This document shows, piece by piece, positions 29,467-44,001 of a stretch of 64,000 nucleotides of DNA (its first letter is position 1; each line of letters starts with the position of its first letter). The stretch comes from Paramecium tetraurelia (taxonomy: Eukaryota). A program made the position numbers and the translations under genes. The stretch spans positions 124,001 to 188,000 of the forward strand of contig CT868037.1 of assembly GCA_000165425.1 (NCBI GenBank). Direction: 5' to 3'. A model generated the notes under the pieces. The model was not told the origin of the DNA, did no database searches, and saw only the letters and a program-made list of their open reading frames with translations.

Positions 29467-32400
29467 ATGACAAACAAAGTTGCTATCTTGCTGGTGCTTG
29501 TGGGGCTGATGAGCTGTATTTTTTGATTGTTATCTCTAGTTGCAAGTGCCTCTTTGATAAATGTGCAATCATTAGCTCAGATCGACGTAGAGAGTTATGG
29601 ATGTGACAAATCGAAGCTGTATGATGCCGAAGAAGGCCTCCAGAAACTCGGCGAGGCCCTTAATTTCGCCCAGACAGGAAAATTGGATCAAGACATAAAG
29701 GAATTGAGAGAATTACAAATGTTGGCAAGGAAAGGAATGGAAGAACAAGTGCAGGTTTCATTTGTTTAAGTTCACAATCTACAATACCTTTATATGTTGA
29801 AGCATAAATTTGATTCCTTGGCACTTATCGAAATGCCAAACTCATTTGCTCGTCCCCATATTGACGGAATGAAATCTTAAATTAACTTAGTATTGGCAGC
29901 TACCGACACCCAAACCAGAAAAGCCTGCTGCGAAATGTTGTTCAAAATGATTGAAGTTCTACTTCTAGACCTACTCGAATTGGAAGAAGAATGCTAGAAG
30001 CCCATCACAATCAACATCGAAGGAGAAATCAGAAAAATCCAAATCATCAGAGGACATTGTGATAATACACCCACTCCAGAATAACCACCAGTCATCCCTG
30101 TTGATCCCATACCAATCAAACCCAAGGATCCAACTCCTACCATTGTCATCCCTCCTAAACCAAGGGATCCAACTCCAACCATTGTAATCCCTCCAAAACC
30201 AAGGGATCCTACGCCCAAACCAGGAGACCCAACTAAGCCTGAAGATCCAACTAAACCAAGAGATCCAACACCCAAACCAGGAGATCCAACACCCAAACCA
30301 GGAGATCCAACTAAACCAGGAGATCCAACTAAACCAGGAGATCCAACTAAACCAGGAGATCCATCTAAACCAGAAGACCCAACTAAGCCAGGAGATCCAA
30401 CTAAGCCAGGAGATCCTACTAAGCCAGGAGATCCTACTAAGCCAGGAGATCCAACTAAACCAGGAGATCCTACTAAACCAGGAGATCCAACTAAACCAGA
30501 AGATCCAACTAAACCTAAGGATCCAACTCCTAAGCCAAGAGACCCAACAGCTAAACCACCCCCTAAACCAAAAACACCAAGTCCAACTCCTTAAGTCGTT
30601 ATCGATTGTGTCAAGGGGGCTAATGTCGTAGGTGACATGAGTGCAAGCTCAGATTAAGCCATTGCTGATTCAGTAATTGAAGGTAAAGACATTGCTGGAG
30701 CCACTGATTATGGTTATGGTTTCTGGATAAGATGGTTGAGTAGATATCCAGATGAATTGGTCTCAGGAAGAACAAAAAACACCTATTACTTCGTATCCAG
30801 ATTGACAACCAATCAAAAGTTCAATGATGCAGAAATGGGAGATAGAGTTCTGGCCATCTGGCATTATGATACTGGTTTCCATTTCACTACATTAGACAAA
30901 GCATCTCGTAATCCAAACGTAAATCAAAACATCCCAACAGGAGACATTGAAGGATTGTGGAGCTACGTCTACTATTCATATAGTGGAAGATTAAAGAGGG
31001 CTGTTGGTTTATTGAAATTTGGAGCCAGTGGAAAAGTACAATAACTCTCCTTAGATGTTACTCACGATATCCCAACATATTTGAGATTAGTTATAGGAGG
31101 TAGATAGTTTAGTTATCCTGGATTCAATGGGTAATTCACTAATCCAGTCTTCAAGATTGGAGATGGAGCTTATGTTAATTCTGAATTGGAATTATTCGAT
31201 TACAATCTTAAATGCAATCCTTATCCAAAATTAGATTGTACTGAAAGAGCTAAACAAACCTTAATCCACAAGGCTGTTAGATACAATGTTAAGACTACAA
31301 AAGTACAAACAGTTAAAACTAGTCTTGAAACACCATTCCCTGAAGAATACTCAGTTAGTGGTTGGTTTAAATGGAAGTAAGTAGAGAATTAGGAGCCATG
31401 GCATTTGATGTTCAGAGTCTTTGCCACAAAAGAGAATAACAATGCCAAGAACTTAGGAGACAGAGATTTGGCAGCTTGGATTGGTACCGCAAATGATGGT
31501 ATTGTGTTGTTGTCCACTTATTCATATAATAACTTATTCGGAGAAGGTAACCCAAACATTATGAATCAAATCCAACACAAGAATAGAATTTAAGAATGGA
31601 CATTTGTGTACTTTGGATATTCATTTAAATAAAAGACTGCTCATTCCATCGTTCACTTCAAGGAGGCTAGAGAAGAGAGAACATTTGAGAATGTCAACCA
31701 TTTCTTAGTTTAAAGACTCTCAATCAATTTGGCAAAGGATGACCACTATCCTTCTTGGAACGGTATCATTGGCAAATTCAGAATTGATTTGTGTAATGGT
31801 GCTTATGATCCTAAATTCCCAAGAACTGCAACACCAGTTCCAAGTCCATCACCATTAGGTCCAACTCCACCACCTTCAAAGACTGTTGAACCACCCCCCA
31901 AGACTCCAACCATCAAACCACCTCCTAAACCAGTCAAACCACCCACACCAGAAGTTGTAGTGTCACCACCTCCTCCCATCATCAAAACACCAGAAGTTAT
32001 GCAAAAATGTATTGAAGGACAAGCTGCGATCGGAGATTCCTCTTCAGCACCAGATGTTAAGCCAGTTGCTGACATCTAAGTACCAGAAGAAGCCTTGAAG
32101 GATGTAACAGAATACGGTTATGGATTCTGGAGCAGATGGTTGACCAGACATCCAGAATAATTGTTTGAAGGAATGAGTGAACCATGGTATTTCGTATCAA
32201 GATTGACATCAAATGATCCATATGACAATATTAGAATGGGAGACAGATTGTTGGCAATCTTCTTGAGTAAAGATGGATACACATTCATCACAAATGATAA
32301 AGGAACATCTAATCCAAATCTCTATAAGTAATAACCATACAAAGATATTGAAGGCGTTTGGACATACATTCATTTCAGTTTCAGTCCATTGAAAAAGAAG

Positions 32401-35400
32401 GCTGTTGCTTTTGTTCATGCCAACAAATAAACCTCATAAATTGAATTGGCTGGAGTCACACATGAAGCTCCAAAGAAATTAAGATTCATCTTGGGAGGTA
32501 ACGATCTCAAACTCTATCCTGGATTCAATGGTTAATTCACAAGACCAGTATTGAAGATCGGTCCAGGTTCATTCATTGGTTCTCCTGAAGATGTTCAAAA
32601 GTATGCCTTATCATGCAACCCATTGCCAGAACCAGATTGCAAGAAGGGAAGAGGAGTCAGCAATTTGATTGAATCAACAAAAGAATTCAACAAGGGAAGC
32701 GAAGTCACCTTGTTTGTTGCTGATAATGAAAGACCATTCCCAGATAATTATGCCGTTGGAGGTTGGTTCTTGTGGACACCAACAGAATAGGAAGACTGGC
32801 ATTTAGCTTTCAGAGTTACAATTAATGGATAAAAACACAATAAGAATGATCAATTATTGGGAGACAGAGATCTCACAACCTTTTTTGAGCAAGTCAGGTA
32901 GTTATCACTTTGCTACCTATACCTACACTGATAACTTCGGTAAGGGAATTCCCAACAAGTACATTAACACTGAACATTAAAACAAACACACTGAATGGCA
33001 TTACATTTACATGGCATATTCAAGAGAGTAAAAGAGAGTATTGACCATTCTCTTCACAAAAGGAGATAGACAAGTCAAGTACATCGATGAAGTCAATCAT
33101 TATCTTGCTCCATTGTACAAGATCTTCTTAGGAAAGGATCAATTCTACCCAGCTTATAATGGTTATTTGGCTAATGTCCAATTCTTTGCATGTGAAAGTG
33201 CATATGATCCCGATTACAAACCCCCTGGATAACCAGAAGTACCAAAGTAACCTGAAGTTCCAGTTAAGCCACCTGAGCCATAAAAGGAACCAACATGTTT
33301 GAAGGGTGACACAACCATTGGTGATAGTGCTTTTGATTCATAAAAACCATTGGTAGATTTTGTGTTAGACAAACCAGAATAATTGTAAGATGTAAGAGAA
33401 TATGGATATCAATTCTGGATGAGATACATGACTCGTCACCCTGTCCCAATGTATCAAGGTAAGAGAGCTCCTTGGTATTTCGTTGCCAGATTATCAGGCA
33501 GAAAAGACTTTGAAGATGTTGGAAAAGGTGATAGATTATTGGCAATCTATTAAGGTCAATCAGAATATACATTCGCTACTAATGATCATAAGAATAACAA
33601 CTTCAATACAATTGCTGGTCGCTTTGAATTTGGAGATATTGAAGCAGTATGGACCTTTGTTCAATTCTCATATACTTCTGCAGGTAAAGTAGTTTCATGG
33701 ATTTAATATGACAATAGTGAACCAAAGACTTTTTCAGTTGCTGTTACACATGACAAACCTGAATATTTGGAATTTGTATTAGGAGGTACCCAAGGCAATA
33801 CCTATCCAGGATTCAATGGTCAATTCACATCTGTTGTTGTCAAAGTTGGATAAGGCTCATTCATAGAAACAGCCGAATAATTCCGTAAGTTTGCCATCAA
33901 TTGCAATCCTAAACCACTCCCAGTTTGTAATAAGGCTAAGGAAGTTGTGTTGATTGAGAAGTCCAAGAGATTTGAAGCTTAAAGCAGTGAAGTTAATGAA
34001 ATCACATCTCCAGAAGAGTAAGCATTCCCAGATGAATACTTCGTTAGTGGTTGGTTCAAATGGAGATCAACAGTCATGGAACCATGGCATTTAGCTATTC
34101 GTCTTCATCAAAATAAGGGTATGGAGAATGCCAATGCTGCCAAGTTGGGAGATAGAACCATAGGTGCATTCGTTGGAAACAATGGAAACTATGCAATCAC
34201 AACCTATACATACACTAACTTGAATGGTGAAGGTGATCCAAATAAATATGTTTAAGTGCCTTATAAGGATCAATTAGCCTAATGGCATTTTGTGTTCATC
34301 GGATACAGTAGAGCTAAGAGATAAGTTGTTGGTTTCTTGTAATGGAAGGACAGAAAGGAAAATATTAACTTAGAGAACATCAATCATTATCTAACCAATT
34401 CAGTTTATGTCAATGTAGGAAAGGATAGATTTTACCCAGCATTCAATGGACACATTGGATCATTGAAATTGTAATTATGCAGTGGAGCATTCACACCAGT
34501 ATTCCCAGAAGATCCTTAACCACCTTAGGTACCATCTACTCCACCTCCTCCCAAACCAGTTGACCCAACAAAACCAGGTGATCCTACTAAACCAAGTGAT
34601 CCAACTAAACCAGGTGATCCCTCAAGACCAGAAGATCCAGTTCAACCACCCAGACCTGCAGATCCTGAAATTGTCAGAAAGTGTGTTAGTGGTTAAGTTC
34701 AAATTGGAGATATGCCTTCCAGTGGTGATAAAGTTGTTGATCTCAAGGTCACTGAGGATAAATTGGGAAGTGCAATCGAATACGGATATGGATTTTGGAC
34801 CAGATGGCTCACAAGATGGCCAGATAATCTCATTAAAGGAGCCAGTGAACCATGGTATTTCATTTCTAGATTGACAAATAATGATCCATATGACAACATT
34901 AGAATGGGAGACAGATTATTGGCTATTTGGTTAGGTTAAGCTGGTTATACATTCATCACAAATGATGTTGCTTCAGGCAATCCTAATCTTAATAAATAAA
35001 TACCTTATGGAGATATTGAAGGTGTTTGGACCTATATTCATTTCAGTTATAAATCAGGATAAGCTGTTGGTGCTATTAGAATTGGAGACAAGACTCAATT
35101 CACAGTTCTTGATGCCAAACACGACTAACCTAAATTCTTGAGATTGATTGTCGGTGGTTCTGATCTCAAATAATATCCAGGATTCAATGGTCAAATCTCA
35201 TCACCAATTCTTAAATTAGGTGCTGGTTCATTTGTAAATACTGAAGATGATTTCAATAAATTCGTGTTAGCATGTAATCCAAGACCTGAACCAGATTGCA
35301 AGGGCAAGACTGAAAGCAAATTGATTGAGGGTATCAAGAAATATGAATCTACCCAACCAGATTTTTATGAACATGTTAGAGATGAGAAATCTCTCTTCCC

Positions 35401-37523
35401 AACTATGTATGGTATTGGAGGTTGGTACAAATGGGAACCAACAAAGTAGGAACCATGGCATTTAGCATTTAGAATTACAACAAATGATTAGAAGACCAAT
35501 AAGAATGCTGAAATATTGGGAGATAGAACACTTGCAGTTTGGTTAAGTGATCAATAATTGTATGCATTTGCCACATATACTTATACAAACATGTTTGGAG
35601 CTGGATAACCAAATGCAGCCTAAGTCATTAAACACTAAGATAAACACACTGAATGGCATTATATTACATTCTAATACAACAGAGAGACCAGAGAAGCATA
35701 TGGATCCATTGTGTTTAAGGATGGTAAATTAGATTTGAAATTCCCCAATACAAACCATTACTTGGTTCCAGTGTTGAGAATATTGATAGGAAAGGATCAA
35801 TTCTACCCAGCATTCAATGGATACATTGCTGATGTGATATTTGTTAATTGCCAAGATCCATACAATCCACAATTCACTCCAGGAAACCCACCTGAATTAC
35901 CAAAACCACCTGTTATTCCAGTTGAACCACCTTAGCCATTCCCAGAACCTAAATGCTAGATGGGTGACGAAACTGTTGTGGATTCTGCATTTGATGATTT
36001 CAAACCATTGGCTGATATTGAAGCAACTCCAGAGAATTTGAAGGACATCAGAGAATACGGATACTCATTTTGGGTTAGATATTTAAGCAGACATCCTAAA
36101 CCAATGTATTAGGGCAAGAGTGAACCATGGTATTTCATGAGTAGATTGACAGTCAATAAGGAATATTAGAATGTTGAGAAGGGAGACAGATTGTTGGCCA
36201 TCTGGTAAGGTCAAGGAGCTTACACATTTATTACCAATGATTATAAGACCAGTAATTGGAATGCAGCCAAGAACATTGAATATGGAGACATTGAAGGAGT
36301 TTGGACATATATTCATTTCAGTTACAGCAGTGTTACAAGTCAATCAGTTGGTTTTGTTAAGGTACACAGGCAAAGAACCATAATCAGTCACATTTGATGT
36401 CACTCATGATAAACCAACATTCTTAAGACTCGTCATCGGAGGATCAGATCTCAAATTGTATCCAGCCATCAATGGTCAATTAACAAGAGCTGTCTTTAAG
36501 ATTGGTGCTGGTGCTCATCTTGACACTGTTGATGAATTGAATAAGTTCGCATTGGCTTGCAATCCTCAACCTAAGGAAGTCTGCTCCAAGGCTGTTGAAT
36601 AAGTCCTCATTCAAGAATCCAAGAAGTTCGAATTAGCCAAGTCTACAGTGTTGGAAATCCCATCTGATCCTGAAGCTGCTTTCCCATCTGAATACAGTGT
36701 CTCTGGTTGGTTCAAGTGGAAGGAAACAACTATGGAATAATGGCATTTGGCCTTCCGTCTCCACATCAACAAGGAAGAAGCAAACAAGAATGCTGAGAGA
36801 TTGGGAGATAGAACATTGGCTGCCTGGGTTTCACCAGCTCAAGATGGTATTTACGCCTTTGCCACTTACACCTATAAGAATTTGAATGGAGCTGGAGAAC
36901 CAAATCTGGCCAAGGTCATCCCTCAAAAACAACAATAAACCAATTGGCATTTCATCTTCTATGCTTACAACAGAGATACCAGAAAGGCAGAGGGATACGT
37001 TCAATTCAAGGACAGAAAGGAAACCATACTCTTTGAAAATGTCAACCACTTCTTGGTGCCGTAAGTTTACTTGAACATTGGTAAAGATCGTTTCTATCCT
37101 TCATGGAATGGTCATATTGGTAAATTCAGAATGAATCTATGCGGTGGAGCCTCCAGACCTGTTTTCCCCAATGGTATTCTATTCTTTCTATTATCCCCTT
37201 AGATATTGATGTTCCTCCTCCCGTGACCCCAACTCCAAAACCACCTGTCTCTGAAACTAAAGAGTAATTTATATTTAATATCTTTTAGAATCTGTCTTAT
37301 CAACACTAAATTGGTAGAGGTTACCAAGAACAACGTCAAAGATGTTATCAAATAACTTGAAGCTCTTGAAAACTCAGAACCTACTGAAAAGACATGCTAT
37401 TGTACTGTCCCCAAGAAGGCCTCCATGTTTATTGAGCTCTATGGAGAAGAATTATCCAATCATGTCGACAACCCAGTCATTTAAAGATTAATAGCTCAAA
37501 ATCAGGTGCGTTTGAGGATATGA
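29467..37523 (+). CDS. Giant secreted protein (~2,650 aa) with 10 alternating LamG/ConA-lectin-like domains and Pro-rich linkers; one apparent +1 frameshift at 32881-32886
   Basis: Signal peptide MTNKVAILLVLVGLMSFASA; five repeats of a domain pair (A: EYGYGFWxRW..GDRLLAIW..DIEGVWTY..YPGFNGQ; B: FPxEYSVxGWFKW..WHLAFR..LGDR..ATYTY..GKDxFYPAFNG); introns near 29516, 37174 and 37264. Confidence 0.85.
30110..30560 (+). repeat. 18-nt coding tandem array (PGDPTK)n
   Basis: Over 15 units of ccaggagatccaactaaa-like sequence; smaller array at about 34560-34640. Confidence 0.95.
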
Positions 37524-37539
37524 TTTATCAAATTATGTA

Positions 37540-38181
37540 TCATTCTGCAAAAAAACATGCCTTACTCTAGTATTTCAGTTATTGGTATGTCTGATACTTC
37601 CCACCTTCATTCAGATCTGGCATAAAGCTCTATAACAAAGGACTCGATTGTTTCTTAGGAGCACTGATATGCCTAGTGAATTCACTCTATCTTAATCTCA
37701 TTGTTTAAGTCAATTATTATAATTTTGAATTATTTGATATTAAGTACTTAACACAGTCAGGTTGTGAATATTCTCTTCCGTATTTTCGTAATTAAGCTGG
37801 AAATGCTTAATCTGGATGGTCTTTCCAACTTTTTAAAGACACTTATCCCCCATCATTAATCGTTACAAAATAATCTCGACCTTTTCCATCTCCAAAATAA
37901 TGCTGAATTCTTTAATGCTAAGGCGGAAGCAATCCTCTGCTTCGAGAACTAGGTTATTACAATTCATAGTACTTTGTTGCACTTTTTGGAAAGATCATCT
38001 TTGTGTAATCCGCCTTCGGAGACAAATCTAGTGAACTAATCATCTTCTGAGATAATAAACCGCCATTTGTATGCCTTACATACTGATCCCTTAAAATCTT
38101 ATATTAATCTCACCTTCCAGTGCCGTCATTGTGATAATGAAAATGCTTCGCGTCAATCTTTGGATACTTATATTCTTGCAT
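37540..38181 (-). CDS. Small protein with two HYxxDGxGRDxx VxxxxGG repeats
   Basis: HYHNDGTGRDQYVRHTNGG and HYFGDGKGRDYFVTINDGG. Confidence 0.7.
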
Positions 38182-38237
38182 AAATTATATTAATACTCTT
38201 GATACCAATAGTTATATAAATATTTATATGTATATAC

Positions 38238-39274
38238 TCAATAACTTAACTTGTAATGGTTATCCAAACTATCAAATTTGAAATCCGTCATGAACTGATT
38301 CTTGAATGTATATGCTGCCTAACTACTGCCCCTATCTGTGAATCTGAATTCTTAGACTCGAATCCAACTATTCTCATTGCATTTTATGTAGAAATTGTTT
38401 TTGAATTGTTTGCTCTTTATTAACCACAATGTGCCATTCTCAGCTGCATTGAAATGCTTCAACTGCTCTATTTCTAAGTCGTTTGCTAATGTAATGTTCT
38501 CTAAGTAGAATTCCCTTTCTTAGTATTTCAATTTCAAACTATGGAAATTTGTCCCATAAATCCCTCTGTATTAGTTATATATCTTATTTGCTGTATTGTT
38601 GAAATCTGGCCTTAAATCAGCTTGAGTAATCTTTGGTGCCTTAGTTGTCTCACTAGCATTCTGACCCAATCTTTCAAATTTGTCAAGATTTGTAATGAAT
38701 TCTTCTACTGAATCCGCTGTCAATTATGATAATTTCTATGATAACTCCTTATATCTATCGACTGCAAGGATATCAATTTCTTTTCTTAACAGGATTGCAC
38801 CTGCATCAAATCTCTAGATATTCATTAATTACTACTTATTTTTTGAAATCTCAATAAATGACACACCAGTCTTCTATTCATCATTCATTATAGCCCTTTG
38901 AATCGGAGCTGCCCCTCTATACTTTGGCAATAAGGAAGGATGAATCACGTAAACTCCCTTATTAAAAATATCAATAATCTGACTTGGAATCATGTATCCA
39001 TAATTACAAACTATTCCAAGATCAGGTTTCTCCTGAATTTCTTAAACAAAGTTGTTAGTCTTGTCTGACAAATTTGGTTGATAAATTTCTTTATTTTTAC
39101 ACTATATTTACTAAATTGCTATTAAGCAGCATAATCTTTAATTTAATTTTTCTCCTTATGTGAATGGTTTGGCACTGTTATCAGACTCAATTTGGGATCA
39201 ATTGCTGCCAACTTATGCAACCTTTAAAAGATAGGCAAGGGAAACAATCCACTCCCAAAAAATATAGTTTTCAT
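38238..39274 (-). CDS. FMT: Methionyl-tRNA formyltransferase (mitochondrial)
   Basis: IFFGS, PDLGIVCNYG, IHPSLLPKYRGAAPIQRAIMN, FDAGAIL. Confidence 0.92.
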
Positions 39275-39299
39275 ATTCTTAATATACAAAAATAAATAA

Positions 39300-40115
39300 T
39301 CAAATTTCATCTGTAAATGGATCTTGGATTGGTTCAAATGTATAAGACTATAAATGGCTGCCCTTGATTCTTAAATATTCATTCAAAAACCCTCCTACAC
39401 AGCCCAAAACCAAAATAAAAGGAATCAATAGCAATTCTTCAAATAAAATCAGTCCGACTAAAATAGTTTTGTTCTCTACGTCCTAATATTGATATACCAA
39501 GTATACTTCAATATCCAGAGAACTAAATAATAGTCCCTATAAGAATCCAATTAATGAACTTATATAAATAAAAGATATGATCTAATTCGGAGTTTCAACA
39601 ATAGTTCTATTCTAAACATTCTAACTAAAACTAAAAATAAAATTGATTAAGTCTATTGTCAAATAACAGATTGAGGAACTCAATGACACTCCCAAAATTA
39701 TATATAAAGGAATCTTGGTGAAGTAATTCAATCCTTCATGCCTATTCTATTCTAATATTTTACCATTTTTTATCAAAGTACAAACAAAAACATATGAGTC
39801 CTGATGCAATAATAACACTTGCAAAGCAAACTAAATACTTTTATTTTAAAGTCCATTGAGTAATATGATTAGTATTCATAAATATTTTAGTTCGTATCAA
39901 TATATATACTCCTGTTATGAGGAATGTGAATCCAAAATACTTCATACATAATGAAAGCAAATTACAGCGGAAAAGATTAAATTGAATCGAATCTCTATCA
40001 AAATGAAATTCCCTATTGTTGTTGATAATAGACATATTATTGCTCCAAAAAATGCAGACAGTAACAATCGAATATACTCCTTATTAGTAATCTTCCACCA
40101 AAACTTAGATTGCAT
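39300..40115 (-). CDS. Multi-pass transmembrane protein of unknown function
   Basis: Several hydrophobic helices; code-6 frame MQSKFWW...DPFTDEI*. Confidence 0.6.
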
Positions 40116-40299
40116 TAAATTAAATAATAAAATAACTTCTGATTTTTAAGACTAATTGATCAAAATAATAAAAATAAAGTTCATCTGTTTATCGTATCCT
40201 TCTACAGGTCTTATCTCTCAAGCTTATATAATGAATTAAAGTGCTCTTTAAATGTCAAAACTTAGATACTTAATTACATTTTCAAATCAATTTATTTAT

Positions 40300-41517
40300 T
40301 AAAAATATTAAATTTGCTTATATTTATTTATTTGGCATGGATATCATAAATAAATAATAATATATTATTTGAATAAAGATTCCATATTTCCCTTTTTTTA
40401 ATTAAAATAATTGCATGTTTTTAAACGAAAAGCTTTAAAGCAACATTTAATTATTTTTCAGTGTAGCTCTTCTAATGATATTAATTCTGCATATAGATAA
40501 TTGTAATACTTTAGGATAATTCAGTAATATATAATATTAATCATCAAATTATTATGATGCTGTGGCTTGGATTCAAAAAATCATCTCTTTAAATTTTGCA
40601 TTCAGATTTTTATTTTTCCTTGGTGACTTAGGAAATTATTAAGACTGGTCTAATGATTGAGAAGAAGGATCGTGAGTTATTTGTATTTTCGAAGACAATA
40701 GCAGTTAACTGCACTGATTATCAACTTAAACTTTCTCCTCTTATATTGATTTATTTATACTTAGTTAATAGAGATTTATTTTTCAATATCAAAGTATAAA
40801 TCCTCCATTTTATCATTGTCTCCCATAATATTACAAACAAGAGGAGTAAGTTTCAATTACACGATGTATTTATGCGATGATGGTGCGATATCACTCTGGT
40901 CATTTTATTTGTCCTGATTCTGAGCTTAAATTTAACAAGTTCCCATGTTGTGTTTCTTTAGAATTATTATTAATAGTGATTAAACTTTATTCAATCCAGA
41001 TAAATCCTCAATCAATTATAATCATTTGATTAATGATATTAGAGCAAAGATGATTATAATAAAATTATTATTATTAGTTTCTATTCAGTAAAGACCTAAA
41101 CCCCATTTTGGTGAGGATTTAAGTCAATTTGAACTTAACAATCGATAAATGAATAACAATCATACAAGTTTCAATTTATATCCACATATAATTTAATTTT
41201 TCATTCCACATAAACAAAAAGTCAGCCGCATTTTAGTCGAGAAACCTTAATTTCAAACATCCATGCATCCACAACTTTAGAGATCTCTATACAATTTTAA
41301 AAAGCATACTTTATTTTGATTAAGCATTCTAACTGATGATGTCCTAATTTTTAAAAAACAAAGTTCTATCAGTCCTCGCTTGATGATTAATTCTGATTAT
41401 AGGGCTTGTTCATTGCTATCATTATTTTAGGAGATCAAAAGTTTTATTTTAAGTTTTTAATAACCAATCTATTTTTAGATCTCCAGTTCAGCAAAGTTGA
41501 TAACCCCAATCATCATT
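40300..41517 (-). CDS. Possible hypothetical or degenerate gene (boundaries uncertain)
   Basis: Coding-like stretches and intron-like GT..AG segments; full frame not resolved. Confidence 0.25.
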
Positions 41518-42294
41518 CTTAAAATTTTATATTAAGGTAGAAAAGTGGATTTATTTAATTGCCTCAACAAAAATGTAATAAGTTAAAATCAATTTTTCAA
41601 TATCATTTAATGCTGAAAAAAACAAATATCAATTTTAATATTTTAAAAATGAAATCAATATAATTTTGGAGCAATGCACAAAATATTGTAATCAAATATA
41701 TATAAAATTTAATTTTTGTATAATAAAGGGCTAGATTGCATCGAGTTCTATTATATTTTGTATCAATTTTAATCTCTTAAATGATATCATCTCAGGAGAA
41801 TTAATAAAAGTGCTTGGTAATGAACTTGAAAATTTAGAAGTAAATTGACCATTTAAGCCCTTTGAATTTGTAATTACGAACTACGCTTAGAATGCAATAT
41901 AGAAATAATAAGCCATTATATAAAAACCAACACATTCTTAAAAATTATTGTGATTCAAAAATGTGCAATATACTATCTAAATTAAATGTTATCTGTTGAA
42001 AAACAATATATATATATTTTAAAAATGGCTGAATCAATGAAGTTATTTTATTATCAATGTGGATATTTTTATAACGAAATAATTTATACTATTATAAAAA
42101 TCAAATTTCTATTTTACAATATGGAATTTAATGATAATAGTTATTACTCAAATTTTATTTAGCCTTCAAAAAATATTCCCCAATATTATTATTTAATTGT
42201 AAAATCACATTAAAACCTTAGCTATGATATTGAATTAATTATTATATTTAAAAATAGGAATATGTAATTTTAAGGATGATATATTATCAACTTA

Positions 42295-44001
42295 TCATTT
42301 TCTATACTTATTTGTTTTCTTTTAAGCTGCACTAACCTATGCAGTCGAAGCTCCACTTGATTTAAATGTGTTTACTGTTTCATTTCCTGCATTGCCTCCT
42401 TAAGTTCTGCTATGAATTTATTTCTTTTTTTTCCACTCTTTTCTTTCATGTTTAGGTAACCATCTCTCAGGGTTTGGTAATGGACCAGGATTGGTTTTGT
42501 CGAAATTTTTAGGGTATCTAATTCTCTTCTTCTTTTTCTTTAAAATCTTCTTAACTTAGACTTCCACCTTCTTTGATAATCCAATATTTTTCTCTAAATT
42601 TTCAATTTCATTCATATCAGTAATCCCATCAAATTACAAAGAGTCAACAAATTTAGCTCCTTGTTAGAGTTATCCCTTTTCAATGCATAGCAAGGCAAGT
42701 TGACTCTTAATTTATTGATCCTAGGTCTAGTATAGTAAAGCTTTATCCAGATTTCCTCTTTTGATATAATAACTGCAAACCAAATCTTTATGGAATTAAG
42801 CAATTAATTGAATTTGTTTTTCATATGGAGCATCATCAGACAATTTCAGAATATGAGCCAAGATAAAAGTGCTCAAGACTTTGTTCTAATTCCAATTTTT
42901 TACATTGCATAGTTCTATTATTTTGTTTATGTTGTCATTATTAGTAGCAAATATCAGATATTGATAAGGATCTTCGATTGGTTATTCCCATTTTAATCTA
43001 TTAATTGCTATCTGAACAGGTAAAGGTAAGCCTTGTTCCTTGGCTGGTCTGTTCTTTATAATTTATAAAATAGCTTTATTAATTTTCAACACATGAAGTT
43101 ATTGAGGTGTAAATTTATAATCTAATGACAATGCTTCTTCAACTCTTTTTAATGAATCATGGTGTGGATGGATAAACTCTTAAAATACTGCCAAATTATT
43201 CAATATTACTGCTTATTCGGGAGCTTTCTCTAAAATTTCGTATCTATATATATTAATGAATATTTACTATTTAACTTTGCTTTTGTAATCTCCTGGGTTA
43301 ATTACATCTAAAATTAATTGGGCTAAAAATAAATCTTCATCCTACTCATTTTCAACTTTCACCATGTTTTCGAATCTGATAGTTAATTCTTTTGCTGTTT
43401 TTAGACTAATTGAATATTTTACAAAAATTACTCATTTAATTACAAATTAAGCAAAGCATGGTTTAGTAATAACTCTCTTGCATATTAATTTTTATTCTTT
43501 TTGATGAATTCAATTATTTGCTAATTTATTTATTTCATTTAGGTTTAGTCATTTTATTGAATTGCTGCATTTGCTATATTTGTTAAAATGTCTTGAGAGT
43601 CTTTTTGAAATTTGGTCTTAAAGATATTCGAATATTTATACTTCTTTAAGCAGCTTCTAAAATAATTGGATTGCTTGTTCAAACTCTCCTAACTTTAAAT
43701 AAGCTTGTCCCAATAATAGCTAATCTTCCGGCACATTTTTTCTACTTTCTGTTAAAACCTATTGATATTATCCTTCAGCATAGAGTAGATATAATCTAGT
43801 AAAAGGATAAAGTTAATGATCTTTCAGTCCTTTCAAAAGTTGCGAGGCTTCTTAAAAATTCTTATTATTTATTAAAAGGATTGACTTTGTCAATTGGATA
43901 TTTGGAGTTTATTCACATTGATTCGCTACTTCTAACAATTAAGCAGGTGATCCTGTGTGTAATTCTTCCACTAACCTTTGTATTGGAGTTCTTTAGTCCA
44001 T
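42295..44001 (-). CDS. SRP72: Signal recognition particle subunit SRP72
   Basis: TPR-like N-terminus; RNA-binding motif KKKRIRYPKNFD..PNPERWLPKHERK..TQGG. Confidence 0.92.

Noticed and set aside
29994..30296. Gly-rich minus-strand ORFs in the track (also 31803-32075 and others within 30-37 kb)
   Set aside because: Antisense shadows of Pro-rich linkers of the giant plus-strand gene
30110..30560. Regular direct repeats resembling a CRISPR array
   Set aside because: Head-to-tail 18-nt units without unique spacers, in frame as PGDPTK within a eukaryotic gene; no cas genes
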